From positions 1 to 27,186 of the forward strand of contig JBBIVV010000030.1 in assembly GCA_037439545.1 (NCBI GenBank): 27,186 nucleotides of DNA, given 5' to 3'. The notes below the pieces were generated by a model. That model was not told the DNA's origin. It did no database searches and saw only the letters and a list, made by a program, of their open reading frames with translations. The position numbers and the translations under genes are program-made. Below, piece after piece: positions 10,289 through 19,009 of this stretch; the first letter of the stretch is position 1; each line of letters starts with the position of its first letter. The DNA comes from a bacterium (GTDB lineage Bacteria > JAMCPX01).

Positions 10289-11407
10289 ATGAAAAGAGAT
10301 TATTACGAGGTACTCGGCGTTTCAAAAAATGCCTCAGACATGGAGATTAAGAAAGCATACAGGAAATTGGCATTGGAACACCATCCGGACAGGAAGCAGG
10401 GAGACAAAGCTTCGGAGGAGAAATTCAAAGAAATAAACGAGGCTTACAGTGTATTGAGTAATTCCGATAAACGCTCCCAGTATGATATGTTCGGCCATAA
10501 CTTCGAGAGGATGGGTGCCACACAGGAGGATATCTTCGGGACTCAAGGCGGAGGATCGAGCATATTCGAGGATCTTATGGGGGATGTATTCAGCGATTTC
10601 TTTGGAGGAAGAAGAACTTCAAAGAACAGACGGGTCAGGGGTAAGGATATAGAGGCAGTCCTCGAGCTTGAATTTGAAGAGGCAGTTTTGGGAGTTGATA
10701 AAGAATTTACCATAAAGCGGACAGGATTGTGCAATACGTGCGGCGGAACAGGCGCAAAGCCGGGAACCAAACCGGCACCATGCAGAGCATGCAGCGGTTC
10801 AGGCCAAATGCATTACAGACAGGGGTTTTTAACGGTAAACAAGACATGTCATGTATGCAATGGCAGCGGTTACGAGATACAGGATAAATGCAGTGGTTGT
10901 AATGGGACAGGACGGACGTTGAAGGAAGAAGATATAAGCATCCATGTTCCTCCAGGTGTCGACAATGACAGCGTCTTAAGGATTCAGGGCAAGGGCAGTG
11001 AAGGATACAATGGAGGACCTGCAGGCGACCTGCATGTGATTATAAAGGTCCGGGCCCATTCTGTATTTAAGAGAGAGGATCAGGATATTATAGTCGATGT
11101 GTATATATCATACGCTCAGGCGGTGCTGGGGGATACGATAAAGGTCCCGACACTGTACGGTGAAGAGGAAGTAAGGGTGCCTGACGGTACCGATTCGGGC
11201 AAAGAATTTATTTTAAAGCATAAGGGAGTGAGCAGTCCTTATGACAGGAGGAAAGGTGATCAAATTGTAAGGATTCATATAGAAGTGCCGAAACATAGTA
11301 CGGAAAGACAAAAAGAACTGTTGAAAGAATTTGATGAAATCTCCAGATACGAGAGTAAGAATGCATCAAAAGGTATATTTAATAAAGTAAAGGATCTTTT
11401 CCAATAA
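10289..11407 (+). CDS. dnaJ: Chaperone DnaJ (class A)
   Basis: J-domain with HPD, a G/F-rich region, four CxxCxGxG repeats and a C-terminal domain. Confidence 0.98.
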   Translation: MKRDYYEVLGVSKNASDMEIKKAYRKLALEHHPDRKQGDKASEEKFKEINEAYSVLSNSDKRSQYDMFGHNFERMGATQEDIFGTQGGGSSIFEDLMGDVFSDFFGGRRTSKNRRVRGKDIEAVLELEFEEAVLGVDKEFTIKRTGLCNTCGGTGAKPGTKPAPCRACSGSGQMHYRQGFLTVNKTCHVCNGSGYEIQDKCSGCNGTGRTLKEEDISIHVPPGVDNDSVLRIQGKGSEGYNGGPAGDLHVIIKVRAHSVFKREDQDIIVDVYISYAQAVLGDTIKVPTLYGEEEVRVPDGTDSGKEFILKHKGVSSPYDRRKGDQIVRIHIEVPKHSTERQKELLKEFDEISRYESKNASKGIFNKVKDLFQ

Positions 11408-11410
11408 TTT

Positions 11411-11977
11411 ATGACAGAACAAATTCCAAAGATATTTTGTCCGAGCTGCGGCGAAACGGTCGATCCGTTTGTTATGATAACAGGCGGTGATGAGAGGATA
11501 CACTGTACACAGTGCGGTCTCGATCTTTCAAAGAAAGAATTCAAGAAAAAAACCATGGATCGTATACTGATATCCGATGATTCTTCTGTGGTGAGGAAAC
11601 AAGTCGCAGAAATAGTCGTAAACAGCGGTATTGCGAAGGATATTATTGAAAGCGAGAATGGCAGGGTTTTTCTTTCCCAGCTGAGTGATCTCCTTAAAAA
11701 CAAGTCTGCCGTTGACCTTATCATACTCGATGTAAACATGCCCATCATAAACGGTATCGATGCTGCGAGGACGGTGAGAGCGATTGAAATAGGGTTGAAA
11801 TTGACTCAAAAGATACCGGTTGTTTTTTTCTCGGTCGTCAAGTGTGATGAGAATTTCAAGAAGATGCTCAACATTACGAAACCCTCAGCTTACCTTAACA
11901 AGGGTAACAGTGCCGATAAAGAGCAGTTCGGTAAAAGGCTGCTTGAAGTTATAGACAGGCTTCGGATTGCGGTATGA
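11411..11977 (+). CDS. Zinc-ribbon plus receiver (REC) domain protein without an output domain
   Basis: CPSC...CTQC at the N-terminus, then RILISDD, LIILDVNMPIINGID, IPVVFFS and AYLNK. Confidence 0.85.
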   Translation: MTEQIPKIFCPSCGETVDPFVMITGGDERIHCTQCGLDLSKKEFKKKTMDRILISDDSSVVRKQVAEIVVNSGIAKDIIESENGRVFLSQLSDLLKNKSAVDLIILDVNMPIINGIDAARTVRAIEIGLKLTQKIPVVFFSVVKCDENFKKMLNITKPSAYLNKGNSADKEQFGKRLLEVIDRLRIAV

Positions 11978-12042
11978 TTTAAAAGTATAAATGTTTTTTG
12001 TATTACGAACAAAGCGTTATTCCCTATAAAGAACCCGTTCTT

Positions 12043-13083
12043 ATGAAAAGACTGAACAAAACAACCGCATTGAAATTATTCAAATCAGAGCCGCTTCTTT
12101 CACTCGGCAGACGTGCGCATGAAACGAGAATGGCGGTGCATCCCGAGCATGTCGTAAGCTTTGTCATGGACACGAATATAAATTACACCAATGTGTGCGA
12201 TATAGGCTGTCTTTTTTGTGCGTTTTATAGATCAAAAGGACACAAAGAAGCTTATGTCATGAACCTCGAGGAATTAAAAAATAAACTTGACATTGCTTCT
12301 GAACATAATGTTACCACGGTTCTTCTGCAAGGCGGTATGCACCCTGACCTGAAACTTGATTATTATACAGGACTCATATCCTTCATTAAAGACAACTATC
12401 CGGACATGCACATACATGCTTTTTCGCCGCCTGAGATCATACGCATGACAGAGGTGTCGGGTATGAGTGTACGGGATGTCATTGCCGAATTAAGATCAGC
12501 AGGGCTTATGTCCATTCCCGGAGGCGGGGCAGAAGTTCTTTCGGAAAGGATCAGGAAGGCGATCAGTCCGGCAAAACCACCGGTGAATGCATGGCTGTCT
12601 GTTATGGAAACAGCGCACGGCATGGGTATACCGACTACAGCGACGATGATGTACGGACATGTCGAAACACCGGAAGACATCATAGAGCACCTTGATAGAT
12701 TGCGGGAAGTTCAGGACAGGACTCATGGATTTAGTGCATTTATTGCGTGGGACTTCAAATCGGCAAACACAGCGCTTGGGAAAAGGATAACGACTCACTA
12801 CAATGCAGAGATGTACCTGCGTATCGTTGCTCTCGCAAGGCTTTATCTCGATAATTTTAGCAATATACAGGCATCATGGTCATCGCAGGGCAAGGATATA
12901 GGCCAGTTCTCATTATACTTCGGGGCAAATGATCTCGGGAGTCTGCTTTTTGAAGAGAATGTGATGCGGCTCGCAGGACACAGGCTTGTTGCGAGAAGGG
13001 ATGAGATTGTGCAGTTGATAAAGGATGCCGGCTTTATCCCTGTTCAGCGAAATACGTTTTATGACACAGTAAAGGTGTTTTAA
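12043..13083 (+). CDS. mqnC: Radical SAM dehypoxanthine futalosine cyclase (CofH/MqnC family)
   Basis: NINYTNVCDIGCLFCAFY (CxxxCxxC), LLQGGMHP, SIPGGGAE, TATMMYGHVE, IQASW and GANDLGS..EENV. The ATG at 12043 is preferred over the TTG at 11998. Confidence 0.85.
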   Translation: MKRLNKTTALKLFKSEPLLSLGRRAHETRMAVHPEHVVSFVMDTNINYTNVCDIGCLFCAFYRSKGHKEAYVMNLEELKNKLDIASEHNVTTVLLQGGMHPDLKLDYYTGLISFIKDNYPDMHIHAFSPPEIIRMTEVSGMSVRDVIAELRSAGLMSIPGGGAEVLSERIRKAISPAKPPVNAWLSVMETAHGMGIPTTATMMYGHVETPEDIIEHLDRLREVQDRTHGFSAFIAWDFKSANTALGKRITTHYNAEMYLRIVALARLYLDNFSNIQASWSSQGKDIGQFSLYFGANDLGSLLFEENVMRLAGHRLVARRDEIVQLIKDAGFIPVQRNTFYDTVKVF

Positions 13084-13095
13084 ACCTGGGCAGTT

Positions 13096-13698
13096 ATGGG
13101 TGATATGATGAAAAATTACATGCTTGCATTTATACCGATATTCGTTGCAATAGACATATTCGGACTGCTTCCTATCTTTATATCTCTTACCGCAGCTTAC
13201 AGTCCTGATGAGCACAGAACTATCGTAAAACAGTCGACCCTGACGGCATTTCTTGTCAGTGTGTCGTTCATAGCAATCGGCAAGCTTGTTTTCAGTGCAC
13301 TCGGCATTACGATACCGGATTTTCAGATAGCGGGCGGTATTCTGCTCCTTATACTTTCTATCAACGACATTATGTATCCTAATAAACCGACGCGTACCCC
13401 ATCGAGTTCAATGGGCATTGTGCCGATAGGCATACCCCTTATAACGGGGCCTGCGGTGCTCACGACATCTATACTGATCCTCGATCTCTACGGCATAGGA
13501 CCCGCATTGATTTCCTTAACGCTGAATATGATCCTTGTATATGTTGTCCTGAGAAAGGCGCCTGACGTCGTAAAGATTATCGGACAGGGCGGGACCATGG
13601 CAATCGGCAAGGTTGCAAGTATCCTGCTCGCATCTATCGGGGTTATGCTGGTAAGGATGGGTATCCAAACGGTGATTTTGCATATATTGACAAAGTAG
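13096..13698 (+). CDS. MarC family membrane protein
   Basis: Six-TM pattern with DFQIAGGILL, IVPIGIPLITGPA and ILLASIGV. Confidence 0.92.
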   Translation: MGDMMKNYMLAFIPIFVAIDIFGLLPIFISLTAAYSPDEHRTIVKQSTLTAFLVSVSFIAIGKLVFSALGITIPDFQIAGGILLLILSINDIMYPNKPTRTPSSSMGIVPIGIPLITGPAVLTTSILILDLYGIGPALISLTLNMILVYVVLRKAPDVVKIIGQGGTMAIGKVASILLASIGVMLVRMGIQTVILHILTK

Positions 13699-13759
13699 GC
13701 ATTACCTGTTTCAGCAATGTAAATTGATCCCCCGCGCTTTTTTTTAAGAATTTATGCTG

Positions 13760-13788
13760 TTGACGTATCTTACAGACAATGATACTTA
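13760..13788 (+). promoter_or_regulatory. Candidate promoter for the HD-GYP gene
   Basis: TTGACG, 17-nt spacer ending in TGn, TACTTA. Lies upstream of the preferred start at 13835. Confidence 0.4.
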
Positions 13789-13834
13789 CTGCACTTACCG
13801 GCAGAACAGCCTGACTCATGAGGTAGAGTGGATT

Positions 13835-16783
13835 ATGAAAAAAAATGAACGTAAATCTAAAAAAATATTTTCTGCTGCGGCATCCAGGAATAAAACTTTT
13901 ATTGCAGATCCGGTAAAGAAAAAACGTGCACAAAAAGGATCGTTTTTCCGCTATCTCATAGAAAACTCCCAGAGCAAGGTCACGGTGTTGGATAAAAAGG
14001 GGACAATAATCTATCAGAACAAAGGGTTTAACCCCATTGACTTTTATAAACCGGAAGACATTGTTGGTAAAAACTTCCTTGAATTGGTGCATCCGGATTA
14101 TGTTCAAAAAGTCACGAGATTCTTTGAAGATTTAATTAGAAAACCCGGCACGGTAAAACAGATGCAGATCCTTTTCCGTTATAAGGATGATTTATGGCAT
14201 TTTCTTGATATACGGGCAAAGGGCATGCTGAACGTCCCTGAAGTGAAAGGCATAGTTGTAAACTCGAGGGACATCACTGACAGTAAACATGTGGAGGACG
14301 AGCTTAAAAAGCGTACAGACCAGCTTGAAAATGAGATTGAGGACAGGAAAAAGGCAGAAGAATTGGTGCTCAAGAGCGAAGAGTTTTTCAGAACGATCGT
14401 TCAAAACAGTTTTGATTCAATAGTTATTATCGATGATCAGGGAAAAAGGAAATATGCGTCTTCATCGTTCAAAAACGTCGGCGGATATGATCCCGAAGAT
14501 ATGCTCGGTAAAAATGTATTTGAACTGGTACACCCGGATGATAAAGCCATGGTATTCAGAATGTTTCATGAATTGCTCGATGAGCCATATCATACACGCA
14601 CTCTTCAGGCACGCTATTTGGCAAAAGATGGAAACTATATATGGGTTGAGGTGCTTGGAGTAAATATGCTGAAAAGCCCCATTGTGCAGGGCGTCGTCCT
14701 CGATACAAGGGATATTACGGAGCGTAAACGGATAGAAGAAGCACTGCACAAGAGTGAAGAACGGTTCCGTGCCATTGTTCAGAACAGTACCGATATAATA
14801 GTCGTTGTGGATGAAAAAGGGACGAACAAATATATTTCATCTTCTTTTGAAAAAATCACGGGGCATAAAATAGAGGAAAGGATGGGCAGGAAAATTATGG
14901 AACTTGTTCATCCTGATGATGTGGAGAAGGTAAGTAAGGGTTTAAGCGATGTTCTCCATGAACCGGATCTTATCCATACCATTGAAGCGCGTTATTTTCA
15001 CGGTGACGGAACCTATCACTGGTTTGAAATTTCGGGTATGAACCTGCTGAATAACCCGAATGTAAACGGCATAGTGACGAATTTCAGGGACATATCCGAA
15101 CGCAAACAGTCCGTGCAAATGCTGAAGGAAGAAATGGAGATAACATCGCAACTGCTTTCTTTGTCAGAGGCTGTCGCGACTATTACAGACGTGGATAAAC
15201 TCATGTTAGAGGCTGTAAAGTCGAGCAAAAAGATCATGGGTTGCGACATCACTGTTTCATACCTCCTGGACAAGCAGACAGGGCTTTTTATGCCAAGCGA
15301 AGTAGCAGATATACCCAATGACATACTGCCCCTTTTCAGAACGGAAACCATAGACATGAAAAACATAAAGGATTTTTTAAACATAAAGAAACCTTTTCTG
15401 ATCAAATTCAGCCATAGTATTTTTGGCGATCGCATCGCAATACCTTTTGTCGATCTGGATAACGAAGGATTGAAGTGGTTATCTATTTTAAGATATATAG
15501 ACATACAGGACATCAATGAATTGATCGTGATTCCACTCATGAACAGGGACGAGTTTCTGGGCATGGTTGCCGGTATCTACATGAAAAAAGATGAACCGGC
15601 AACACGCTTTACGGAAAGATATTATAAAGCGCTTATCGGCATAGCAAATCAGGTTTCGACTGCGCTTGAACAGGCAAAACTGTACCGGGAATCGGTTGAG
15701 AAGACCATGGAGCTTGCAAACAGGGTAGAAGTAATAAATACCATGTATGAAATAGGCAGGAGTATCCTGTCCAACCTTACTTCGGCGGATATATTGAATA
15801 CCGTCACAAGAATGGCAGGTAAATTACTGCCCTGTGACGTTGCGGCAATAATGCTTGTCGATCAGGGAAAGCAGGGGTTCAACCGTGTAGCAAGCTCAGG
15901 ACCTCTTGCCGGTTCACTCGGATCATTTTTCCTGTTTCGCGATACCAGCGTGACAGAGGTGATAAAAACAGGCAGGCCGCAATATATTCCGAATTTCAGC
16001 GAGCTCGATAATAAGCTGCCGTTCGAGCAGGAGCTTTTAGAATACGGACTCATGTCGGCCATCAGGATCCCGCTCAGTATCGGTAATGAGAACATTGGAG
16101 TCCTGGGTTTCGGATCAAAAAGAATCTCTGCCTTTACCCATGAAGACCTTCTCACGGCAGAGAGACTCGGTTCCCAGATCTCCGTAGCACTGGCGAATGC
16201 CAAGCTTATATCAGATCTCGAGGAATCGTCCATGGCGACCATTAAATCACTTACCAATGCCATAGATGCAAAGTCCCGATGGACTGCCGGCCACTCGGAA
16301 GGTGTTACGAAACACGCAATTGCTATCGGCAAGTGGATGGGACTTCATGAAAAAGCAATCAATGATCTTGAGGTCGCCAGTATGATGCATGACGTAGGGA
16401 AGATTGGCACCTACGCTGACATTCTGAATAAAAAGGACGGGCTAACTGAGGAAGAATGGGCTTTAATCAAGCAGCATCCCGTTAAAGGTGCCGAGATACT
16501 GTCGCCCATAAAGCAGTTAAAAAATATTATAGCGTCCGTAGAGCATCATCATGAGTTTTTTGACGGTTCAGGTTATCCGGATGGATTAAAGGGTAATGAG
16601 ATACCTCTTATGGCGCGGATCTTATCGGTTGCAGACGCAGTTGATGCAATGAGTTCAGACAGGCCCTACAGGAAAGGCATGCCTGCAGAGGAGATAATAA
16701 AAGAATTGATAAGGTGTTCGGGCAGTCAGTTTGATCCCGAGGTTGTTAAAGCCTTTTTAGCCGTTCAAGATACTTTAAAATAA
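13835..16783 (+). CDS. PAS-PAS-PAS-GAF-GAF-HD-GYP cyclic dinucleotide phosphodiesterase
   Basis: Three PAS repeats (ELVHPD ... RDITD/RDITE/RDISE), two GAF-like regions, and HDVGKIG, HHEFFDGSGYPDGL, RPYR and FDP. The ORF track start is 13754; the ATG at 13835 is preferred. Confidence 0.92.
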   Translation: MKKNERKSKKIFSAAASRNKTFIADPVKKKRAQKGSFFRYLIENSQSKVTVLDKKGTIIYQNKGFNPIDFYKPEDIVGKNFLELVHPDYVQKVTRFFEDLIRKPGTVKQMQILFRYKDDLWHFLDIRAKGMLNVPEVKGIVVNSRDITDSKHVEDELKKRTDQLENEIEDRKKAEELVLKSEEFFRTIVQNSFDSIVIIDDQGKRKYASSSFKNVGGYDPEDMLGKNVFELVHPDDKAMVFRMFHELLDEPYHTRTLQARYLAKDGNYIWVEVLGVNMLKSPIVQGVVLDTRDITERKRIEEALHKSEERFRAIVQNSTDIIVVVDEKGTNKYISSSFEKITGHKIEERMGRKIMELVHPDDVEKVSKGLSDVLHEPDLIHTIEARYFHGDGTYHWFEISGMNLLNNPNVNGIVTNFRDISERKQSVQMLKEEMEITSQLLSLSEAVATITDVDKLMLEAVKSSKKIMGCDITVSYLLDKQTGLFMPSEVADIPNDILPLFRTETIDMKNIKDFLNIKKPFLIKFSHSIFGDRIAIPFVDLDNEGLKWLSILRYIDIQDINELIVIPLMNRDEFLGMVAGIYMKKDEPATRFTERYYKALIGIANQVSTALEQAKLYRESVEKTMELANRVEVINTMYEIGRSILSNLTSADILNTVTRMAGKLLPCDVAAIMLVDQGKQGFNRVASSGPLAGSLGSFFLFRDTSVTEVIKTGRPQYIPNFSELDNKLPFEQELLEYGLMSAIRIPLSIGNENIGVLGFGSKRISAFTHEDLLTAERLGSQISVALANAKLISDLEESSMATIKSLTNAIDAKSRWTAGHSEGVTKHAIAIGKWMGLHEKAINDLEVASMMHDVGKIGTYADILNKKDGLTEEEWALIKQHPVKGAEILSPIKQLKNIIASVEHHHEFFDGSGYPDGLKGNEIPLMARILSVADAVDAMSSDRPYRKGMPAEEIIKELIRCSGSQFDPEVVKAFLAVQDTLK

Positions 16784-16829
16784 AGACCGGAGTGTCTACC
16801 TTATTGAACAGAGGGAGGCAACAGAGTAC

Positions 16830-17459
16830 ATGAAAAAATTTAACAATAAAACAATCTACGATTCAATGAGCGAAATAGTAAGCCCCGGGCATACGGCTCT
16901 TGTTGTTTGGGATGTCCAGAATGCGCTTGTCGACAATATCTTTAACAAGTATGAGTTTCTTGCAAACCTGAAACCGGTCATAAGCAAAGCGAGGGAAAAA
17001 GGGGTCCCGGTTATTTACTCGAAAATCACACCTTTACCGGTTCAGTACAATTCCTCATGGGCGATCTATGCAATGATGAGAAGGTATGGCATAGATGATC
17101 CTGAAAAACTCCCTTCGTTCATGAAGCCCGGGACAAGTGATGCCGACATAGCACCGGACGTTGCACCGTCGGGTGATGATGTAGTTATCAACAAGCATAC
17201 TGCGAGTATTTTTATAGGTACTCATGTCGAGTATATGCTGAGGAACAAAGGCATAGAGACTATTATATTCACCGGTATATCGACAGAGTTCGGTGTTTCG
17301 TCAAGTGCACGGGACGCTTCGAACAGAGGGTTTTATCCTGTTGTCGTCAGCGATGGTGTATCAGCCATGGACAGGGGAATGCATGAGCTTGCACTGAAGA
17401 TTTTGACGAGAATGGTCATTGTAACACCCGCTGCCGACTTAATAAAAGCATGGGGTTAA
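16830..17459 (+). CDS. Isochorismatase (cysteine hydrolase) superfamily protein, YecD-like
   Basis: TALVVWDVQN, KHTASIF, GISTEFGVSSSARDA and VVVSDG. RBS GGGAGG. Confidence 0.9.
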   Translation: MKKFNNKTIYDSMSEIVSPGHTALVVWDVQNALVDNIFNKYEFLANLKPVISKAREKGVPVIYSKITPLPVQYNSSWAIYAMMRRYGIDDPEKLPSFMKPGTSDADIAPDVAPSGDDVVINKHTASIFIGTHVEYMLRNKGIETIIFTGISTEFGVSSSARDASNRGFYPVVVSDGVSAMDRGMHELALKILTRMVIVTPAADLIKAWG

Positions 17460-18157
17460 CCCTGCGAAAGGTGTTTCCCCTCAAGATGCATAAAAGGGTT
17501 GAGAGAAAAGGTAAGCAAAGGATAGTGTGTTTTGTTCTGATCCTCAGTCTGATCCTCAGTACCCCTTCGGCTGTATTTGCGGGTTATGATGATAGCGGGT
17601 CAAAATCAACGTACCAAAATTGGGAATCACAGAGCACCGGATTATATCTTGGAGGTGGTCTTGGATCCGTACTTCCTGTCGGAGACGGTACAGAGGGTGT
17701 CATAGCTGGCGGTGGTTGGGCAATTCAAATCGGGTATCAATTTATAAAAAATCTTGAAGTAGAACTCGGATATAACCAAGGAGTGGGGAGTATTAGTAAC
17801 AACGGTGTAACAGGTATCTGGAATTTTGTAGAACTTCTCTGCTTTGACATAAAACCTATCATACCCCTGTCTTCAGCCGGTGATTTGTATCTTCTGGTAG
17901 GTATTACCTATGCGGAGAACAGTGTCGCCTGGAAACGACCCAATATTACTAATACCCTGGGTCCGGCTCTTGGGGCCGATTCTGGTATTGGATATGAATA
18001 CTATATGACTCATAACTGGTCACTGGGAGGGGAAATTATTTATCATCATCTGACCTCTACAAAGGAATCAATAAGTCCTGGCGGCTCGATCACGCTGCAT
18101 TCCCCTAAAGATGGAAGTGCTACTTCTCTGAAGTTTATGGCCTTGTATCATTTTTAA
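17450..18157 (+). CDS. Outer-membrane beta-barrel protein (small OmpA-TM/porin-like)
   Basis: Signal-peptide-like segment ending AVFA, amphipathic strands (GLYLGGGLG, IGYQF, VELGY, IGYEYY) and a C-terminal ALYHF with terminal Phe. An alternative start lies at 17486. Confidence 0.8.
   Translation: MGLTLRKVFPLKMHKRVERKGKQRIVCFVLILSLILSTPSAVFAGYDDSGSKSTYQNWESQSTGLYLGGGLGSVLPVGDGTEGVIAGGGWAIQIGYQFIKNLEVELGYNQGVGSISNNGVTGIWNFVELLCFDIKPIIPLSSAGDLYLLVGITYAENSVAWKRPNITNTLGPALGADSGIGYEYYMTHNWSLGGEIIYHHLTSTKESISPGGSITLHSPKDGSATSLKFMALYHF
17537..17560 (+). repeat. Exact 12-bp tandem duplication in the signal peptide
   Basis: CTGATCCTCAGT twice, encoding LILS-LILS. Confidence 0.9.
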
Positions 18158-18219
18158 TGCAAACCCGCGTATTATACGTATATTAAGTTATACCAATGGA
18201 TGCCCCTCTTTCAATGATC

Positions 18220-18383
18220 TGAACTGAACGAGGAGCTCGCGGATCCCGGTGGACGCCCACCGGTAGGCCTGCGAATGCAATAGCCGTTTTGTCCGGACAA
18301 AACGGATTCTTAAAATCGTATTGCGGGCACAATCTCGGTGCTGTTCATAGTCTACCGACCTTATATTTACAGAACGGCAGACT
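18220..18383. other. Multi-hairpin intergenic element (unknown ncRNA or palindromic repeat)
   Basis: Hairpin at 18246-18263, perfect 22-bp palindrome at 18284-18305, enclosing stem 18267-18278/18318-18328, and stem 18349-18357/18375-18383. Confidence 0.5.
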
Positions 18384-18437
18384 TATATTAGCATGATAGA
18401 TCTCTCCTTTTTGAATTCCCGGCCACCCTGTAATCTC

Positions 18438-18466
18438 TTGACAATCAGCATGGCAACGGATAACAA
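18438..18466 (+). promoter_or_regulatory. Candidate promoter for tRNA-Arg(CCG)
   Basis: TTGACA-N17-TAACAA, 28 nt upstream of the tRNA. Confidence 0.45.
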
Positions 18467-18494
18467 CCTAATATACAAAAGGTTTCTGAATCGT

Positions 18495-18567
18495 GTGCCT
18501 GTAGCCCAGTGGATAGAGCGACGGACTCCGGCTCCGTAGGTCGGGGGTTCAAATCCCCCCAGGCACT
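18495..18567 (+). tRNA. tRNA-Arg(CCG)
   Basis: Acceptor GTGCCTG/CAGGCAC, D-loop TGGATA, anticodon arm ACGGA-CT-CCG-GC-TCCGT, T arm GGGGG-TTCAAAT-CCCCC. CCA is not encoded. Confidence 0.93.
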
Positions 18568-18703
18568 TTTCGATGCATCAGGGGCGCACTCCAAATCCTA
18601 TTCTTCTGCTTCGGCGTCTATGGAATCTTGTCACACGCTTCACTGTTCATGAAAGGCGATAGCTCCCGCAGTGTCCAAAATAATCAATTTTTGACCTTTA
18701 CTA

Positions 18704-18732
18704 TTGACAAACACTTTATCGTGGCATATCAC
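18704..18732 (+). promoter_or_regulatory. Candidate promoter for the small lipoprotein gene
   Basis: TTGACA-N17-TATCAC, with a strong RBS AAGGAGG downstream. Confidence 0.5.
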
Positions 18733-18769
18733 GCTTATAAATATACACTAATAAAGGAGGTAAAGATAA

Positions 18770-18961
18770 ATGAAGAAGTTAATGCTATTAGCGATTGTTC
18801 TTGCTTTCACGGCAGGCATGACAGGCTGTCACAAAGAAGAGGCAACAGAGCAAGCAGCCCCGGCACCTGCAGTGACGACTCAGACAACCACGACAGCGGC
18901 ACCTGCTTCACCGACGACAGCAGCGCCCGCATCACCGACGACACCAGCCCCTGCAAAGTAG
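18770..18961 (+). CDS. 63-aa lipoprotein with Thr/Ala/Pro-rich repeats
   Basis: MKK, a hydrophobic core and lipobox MTG-C. AAGGAGG RBS, degenerate 24-nt repeats (TTAAPASP), followed by a terminator. Confidence 0.85.
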   Translation: MKKLMLLAIVLAFTAGMTGCHKEEATEQAAPAPAVTTQTTTTAAPASPTTAAPASPTTPAPAK

Positions 18962-18979
18962 TAAAAGGACTGTTCTGCG

Positions 18980-19009
18980 AAGAGGGAGCAAAGAACTCCC
19001 TCTTTTTTT
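18980..19009 (+). terminator. Rho-independent terminator
   Basis: AAGAGGGAG-caaagaa-CTCCCTCTT followed by a T-run, between convergent genes. Confidence 0.8.

Noticed and set aside
13990..15100. Repeated ELVHPD motifs as J-domain HPD or as DNA repeats
   Set aside because: These are ordinary PAS-domain motifs with diverged nucleotide sequence.
18890..18960. 24-nt repeats as a CRISPR-like array
   Set aside because: They are contiguous, in-frame, degenerate coding repeats with no spacers and no cas genes.
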